Sequence record: SRR22947725_1805
Reading direction: 5' to 3' (one strand)
DNA length: 64,000 nt
Position numbers and translations under genes: made by a program. The notes below the pieces were generated by a model. It was not told the DNA's origin. It was given only the letters and a program-made list of their open reading frames with translations, and did not search any database. This document shows, in pieces, positions 61,479 to 64,000 of this stretch (position 1 is the stretch's first letter; every line of letters begins with the position of its first letter).

Positions 61479-61949
61479 TTACTCCCAGGGCAACAGCACG
61501 GCACGTTTCAAGATTCCGAGCTCTCGCCGCGCAGAGCGGTAGTCCTCTCCCACCCGAAGGCCCAGGTGAACACACAACGTGGGGCAGTGTCCGGGCTCTA
61601 GTTCGGCAACGACTTCGCCTGCGCGAACGCGCTCACCGCTAGGGACCAATGCTGTCACCGGCTCCATGCTGACCCGGTGGCCCTCTGCCGAAGTGATGGT
61701 GATCACCCCGCGATTGACGACCCAACCGCTGAAAGTGACAACCCCCGCCACCGGAGCCACAATGGTGTCTCCGGTGGCGGCGAGGTCAAGACCCCGGTGC
61801 CCCGAACCCCAGGGGGTGAGCGGGGCTTGGTAATCTCTCAGTACCCTGTGTTCACCCGAGGTCGGCCACTCCCAGATGGCTTCGGGGTGAGGGGGTATGA
61901 GTGCGGTAAGAATCAGGAAGGCAATCACGGGCATGGAGGTAAGTGTCAC
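61479..61949 (-). CDS. M23 peptidase-like secreted protein
   Basis: Signal peptide, W.WP, HRGLDL, EPV, C...C.H.G.R; usual xerC neighbour. Confidence 0.8.
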   Translation of the reverse strand: MTLTSMPVIAFLILTALIPPHPEAIWEWPTSGEHRVLRDYQAPLTPWGSGHRGLDLAATGDTIVAPVAGVVTFSGWVVNRGVITITSAEGHRVSMEPVTALVPSGERVRAGEVVAELEPGHCPTLCVHLGLRVGEDYRSARRELGILKRAVLLPWE

Positions 61950-62042
61950 CTACAGAGTTGTGTCTCAGCCTCTTGGCCCTGGCGCAGTGGAGGGCGGGGG
62001 AAGCTGGAAGGCTGGGGACAGCTGCGCTGATAGCGTTAGAAA

Positions 62043-62867
62043 GTGATCGAAAACGCCGTTCTTTTTGCCTTTGTGGTGACCGTGGGAGCGGGGCTGGCGA
62101 CTCTTGTGGGGGCATCGCTGGCGCTATTTGCGCGACACACGAATCGCAAATTTCTTGCTGTTTCCCTGGGTTTTTCTGCCGGTGTGATGATCTATGTGTC
62201 CTTTGTGGAGATTATTCCCAAGGCGATATCTTTCCTGAGCCCGGAATACGGAGAAGGATGGTCCCCAGGGGTCATGGCGATTGCCTTTCTCGGGGGCCTG
62301 ACAGGGATGGCGCTGCTGTATCGTCTGATTCCCGATCTGGAACACCCGTCCCTGGATGATGCCCACACGTCGGTGTCTCTGGAGGACCCCGCACTGGTGA
62401 GCCAGATGGATAAGTCGCTGCTTCGGGCGGGAATCGGTGTTGCGCTGGCGATTACGCTTCACAACTTCCCCGAAGGGATGGCGACGTTTTTCCTCACCCT
62501 CGAAGATCCTCAAGTAGGGCTGGCGGTCGGAGCGGCCATCGCCATCCACAACATCCCTGAGGGCATCGCTGTCGCGATTCCCCTCTACTACGCCACTAAA
62601 TCCCGGGCAAAAGCTTTCGGGTTTGGTGCGCTCTCCGGCCTTGCCGAGCCGATGGGGGCCATTCTTGGCTACCTGGTCTTGCGCCCCTTTATGAACGACA
62701 CCATTCTCGGTATCACTTTTGCCGCGGTGGCCGGAATCATGGTCTATATCTCGATCGATAGCCTCCTGCCGGCAGCGAGGCAATACGGCAGCGGTCAGTT
62801 AGCGATTTACGGGGTCATTGCCGGTATGGCCGTGATGGCGGCGTCTTTGGTCCTTTTCACTCTCTGA
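62043..62867 (+). CDS. zupT: ZIP family zinc transporter
   Basis: GFSAGVM.YVSF.E, LHNFPEG, IHNIPEG, SGLAEP, AGIMV.IS.D.LLP. Confidence 0.93.
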   Translation: MIENAVLFAFVVTVGAGLATLVGASLALFARHTNRKFLAVSLGFSAGVMIYVSFVEIIPKAISFLSPEYGEGWSPGVMAIAFLGGLTGMALLYRLIPDLEHPSLDDAHTSVSLEDPALVSQMDKSLLRAGIGVALAITLHNFPEGMATFFLTLEDPQVGLAVGAAIAIHNIPEGIAVAIPLYYATKSRAKAFGFGALSGLAEPMGAILGYLVLRPFMNDTILGITFAAVAGIMVYISIDSLLPAARQYGSGQLAIYGVIAGMAVMAASLVLFTL

Positions 62868-62901
62868 CCCATTCTTCGGGCCTGGGGCCCACAAGTTCGA
62901 G

Positions 62902-62983
62902 TGCGGAAGAAGGGACTCGAACCCTCACACCCGAAGGCACAGGATCCTAAATCCTGCGTGTCTACCAATTTCACCACTCCCGC
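62902..62983 (-). tRNA. tRNA-Leu (TAG)
   Basis: GCGGGAG/CTTCCGC acceptor stem, CAGGA-TT-TAG-GA-TCCTG anticodon arm, long variable arm, GGTTCGAGTCC. Confidence 0.96.
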
Positions 62984-63007
62984 TGGTGGCCTCAGTCTAC
63001 CGAGGGG

Positions 63008-64000
63008 TCAACCAGCCATCCAATCTTCGACGGCCGCCACGCTGCGCGGAATTGCTGCGGAGAGATTTTCTGCCCCGGTTGCTGTGACAAGGATGTTGTC
63101 CTCGATCCGAACCCCGATGCCCCGCCATTCGGCGGGCACTGTTTCGTCATCGGGCTGAAAATACAGACCCGGTTCAATCGTGAAAACCATTCCGGCCTCG
63201 AGCGTTCCCTGGAGGTAGCGCTCTTTTCGAGCGTGGGCGCAGTCATGAACGTCGAGCCCCAAGTGGTGGCTGGTGCCATGAATCATAAATCTGCGATGAA
63301 GTTGGCTTGTTTTTTTCAATGACTTCGTGAGCGAGACGGGCAAGAACCCCCAGTCACTAACGCGTGTGGCGATGACCGCCATGGCGGCGTCATGGATCTC
63401 GTGGAAACTCACACCAGGCTTCACCATCGCGAAAGCAACATCGGCCGCCTCCAATACCGCTTCATAGACTTCCCTCTGATGCGGGGTGAACGTGCCACTG
63501 ACCGGGATGGTCCTCGTGATATCTGCCGTATACAGGGAATCACGCTCGACACCCGCGTCCACCAGCAGCAAATCCCCGGGCGAAATGGGCCCATCATTGG
63601 TAACCCAGTGCAAAATGCAGGCGTGGGATCCGCTGGCCACGATCGAGTCATAACCAACAGAGTTGCCTTCCAGGCGGGCCCGCGAGTGGAAGGCTCCTTC
63701 CACGATGCGCTCGCCTCGGGCGTGCCCTATTGAGCCTGGAAGAACCTCGACAATGTCGTTAAATCCGGCGTGTGTGGAGGCGATGGCCGCCCGAAGTTCC
63801 GATACTTCGTAATCGTCTTTGACCAATCGCATCTCGCTCGCAACGCGTTCGAGATCCGCATCGAGGGCGGTGGGTGAAGTGAACCCTCTCACGGCATCGC
63901 ACTCAGCGGTGAGGACGGGATCTGCTTCGCGAATTATCGCCCCAGGCCCGGTGAGCGCGGGAAGCTCAAAACCCTCCCGCTCGCGGGTGTTGAGCCCCAA
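63008..64000 (-). CDS. Xaa-Pro aminopeptidase P, C-terminal part (5' end beyond the window)
   Basis: R.VKD..E, LH, DAG.E...Y.ADITRT, HG..H.LGLDVHD, TIEPGLY, G.RIED. Confidence 0.93.
   Translation of the reverse strand: MGLNTREREGFELPALTGPGAIIREADPVLTAECDAVRGFTSPTALDADLERVASEMRLVKDDYEVSELRAAIASTHAGFNDIVEVLPGSIGHARGERIVEGAFHSRARLEGNSVGYDSIVASGSHACILHWVTNDGPISPGDLLLVDAGVERDSLYTADITRTIPVSGTFTPHQREVYEAVLEAADVAFAMVKPGVSFHEIHDAAMAVIATRVSDWGFLPVSLTKSLKKTSQLHRRFMIHGTSHHLGLDVHDCAHARKERYLQGTLEAGMVFTIEPGLYFQPDDETVPAEWRGIGVRIEDNILVTATGAENLSAAIPRSVAAVEDWMAG

Overview
This is a gene-dense, roughly 60% GC chromosomal segment from an actinobacterium. Gene order and protein features point to Microbacteriaceae, probably a streamlined aquatic lineage (Pontimonas-like is an inference). 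It is mostly core genome: fumC, xseAB, ispH, fbaA/glpX, rmuC, ychF, a sugar ABC importer with a GH1 beta-glucosidase, riboswitch-controlled gcvTHP, typA, gltX, leuCD-murA-plsC-gpsA, thiL, rsmD, recG, coaD, rpmF-rnc-mutM-smc, ftsY/ffh, rpsP-khpA-rimM-trmD, rplS-lepB-rnhB, dprA, xerC, zupT and three tRNAs. I found no intact mobile element, prophage or CRISPR array. The most striking item is at 35943-39400. At the conserved gpsA-[ddl]-DUF3515-thiL position, the single canonical ddl is replaced by a co-oriented three-gene cassette: an alpha/beta hydrolase, a MurF-like ligase whose N-terminal domain is a multi-pass membrane anchor, and a divergent Ddl-type ATP-grasp enzyme. This is a candidate alternative module for completing the peptidoglycan stem peptide. 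Other signals include a VapC toxin relic, an unannotated 53-aa membrane ORF between smc and ftsY, structured rplS and rpsP leaders, mirror-image and bidirectional leaderless promoters, and systematic 4-nt overlaps of convergent stop codons. All assignments rest on motif recognition by eye; no database searches were run.
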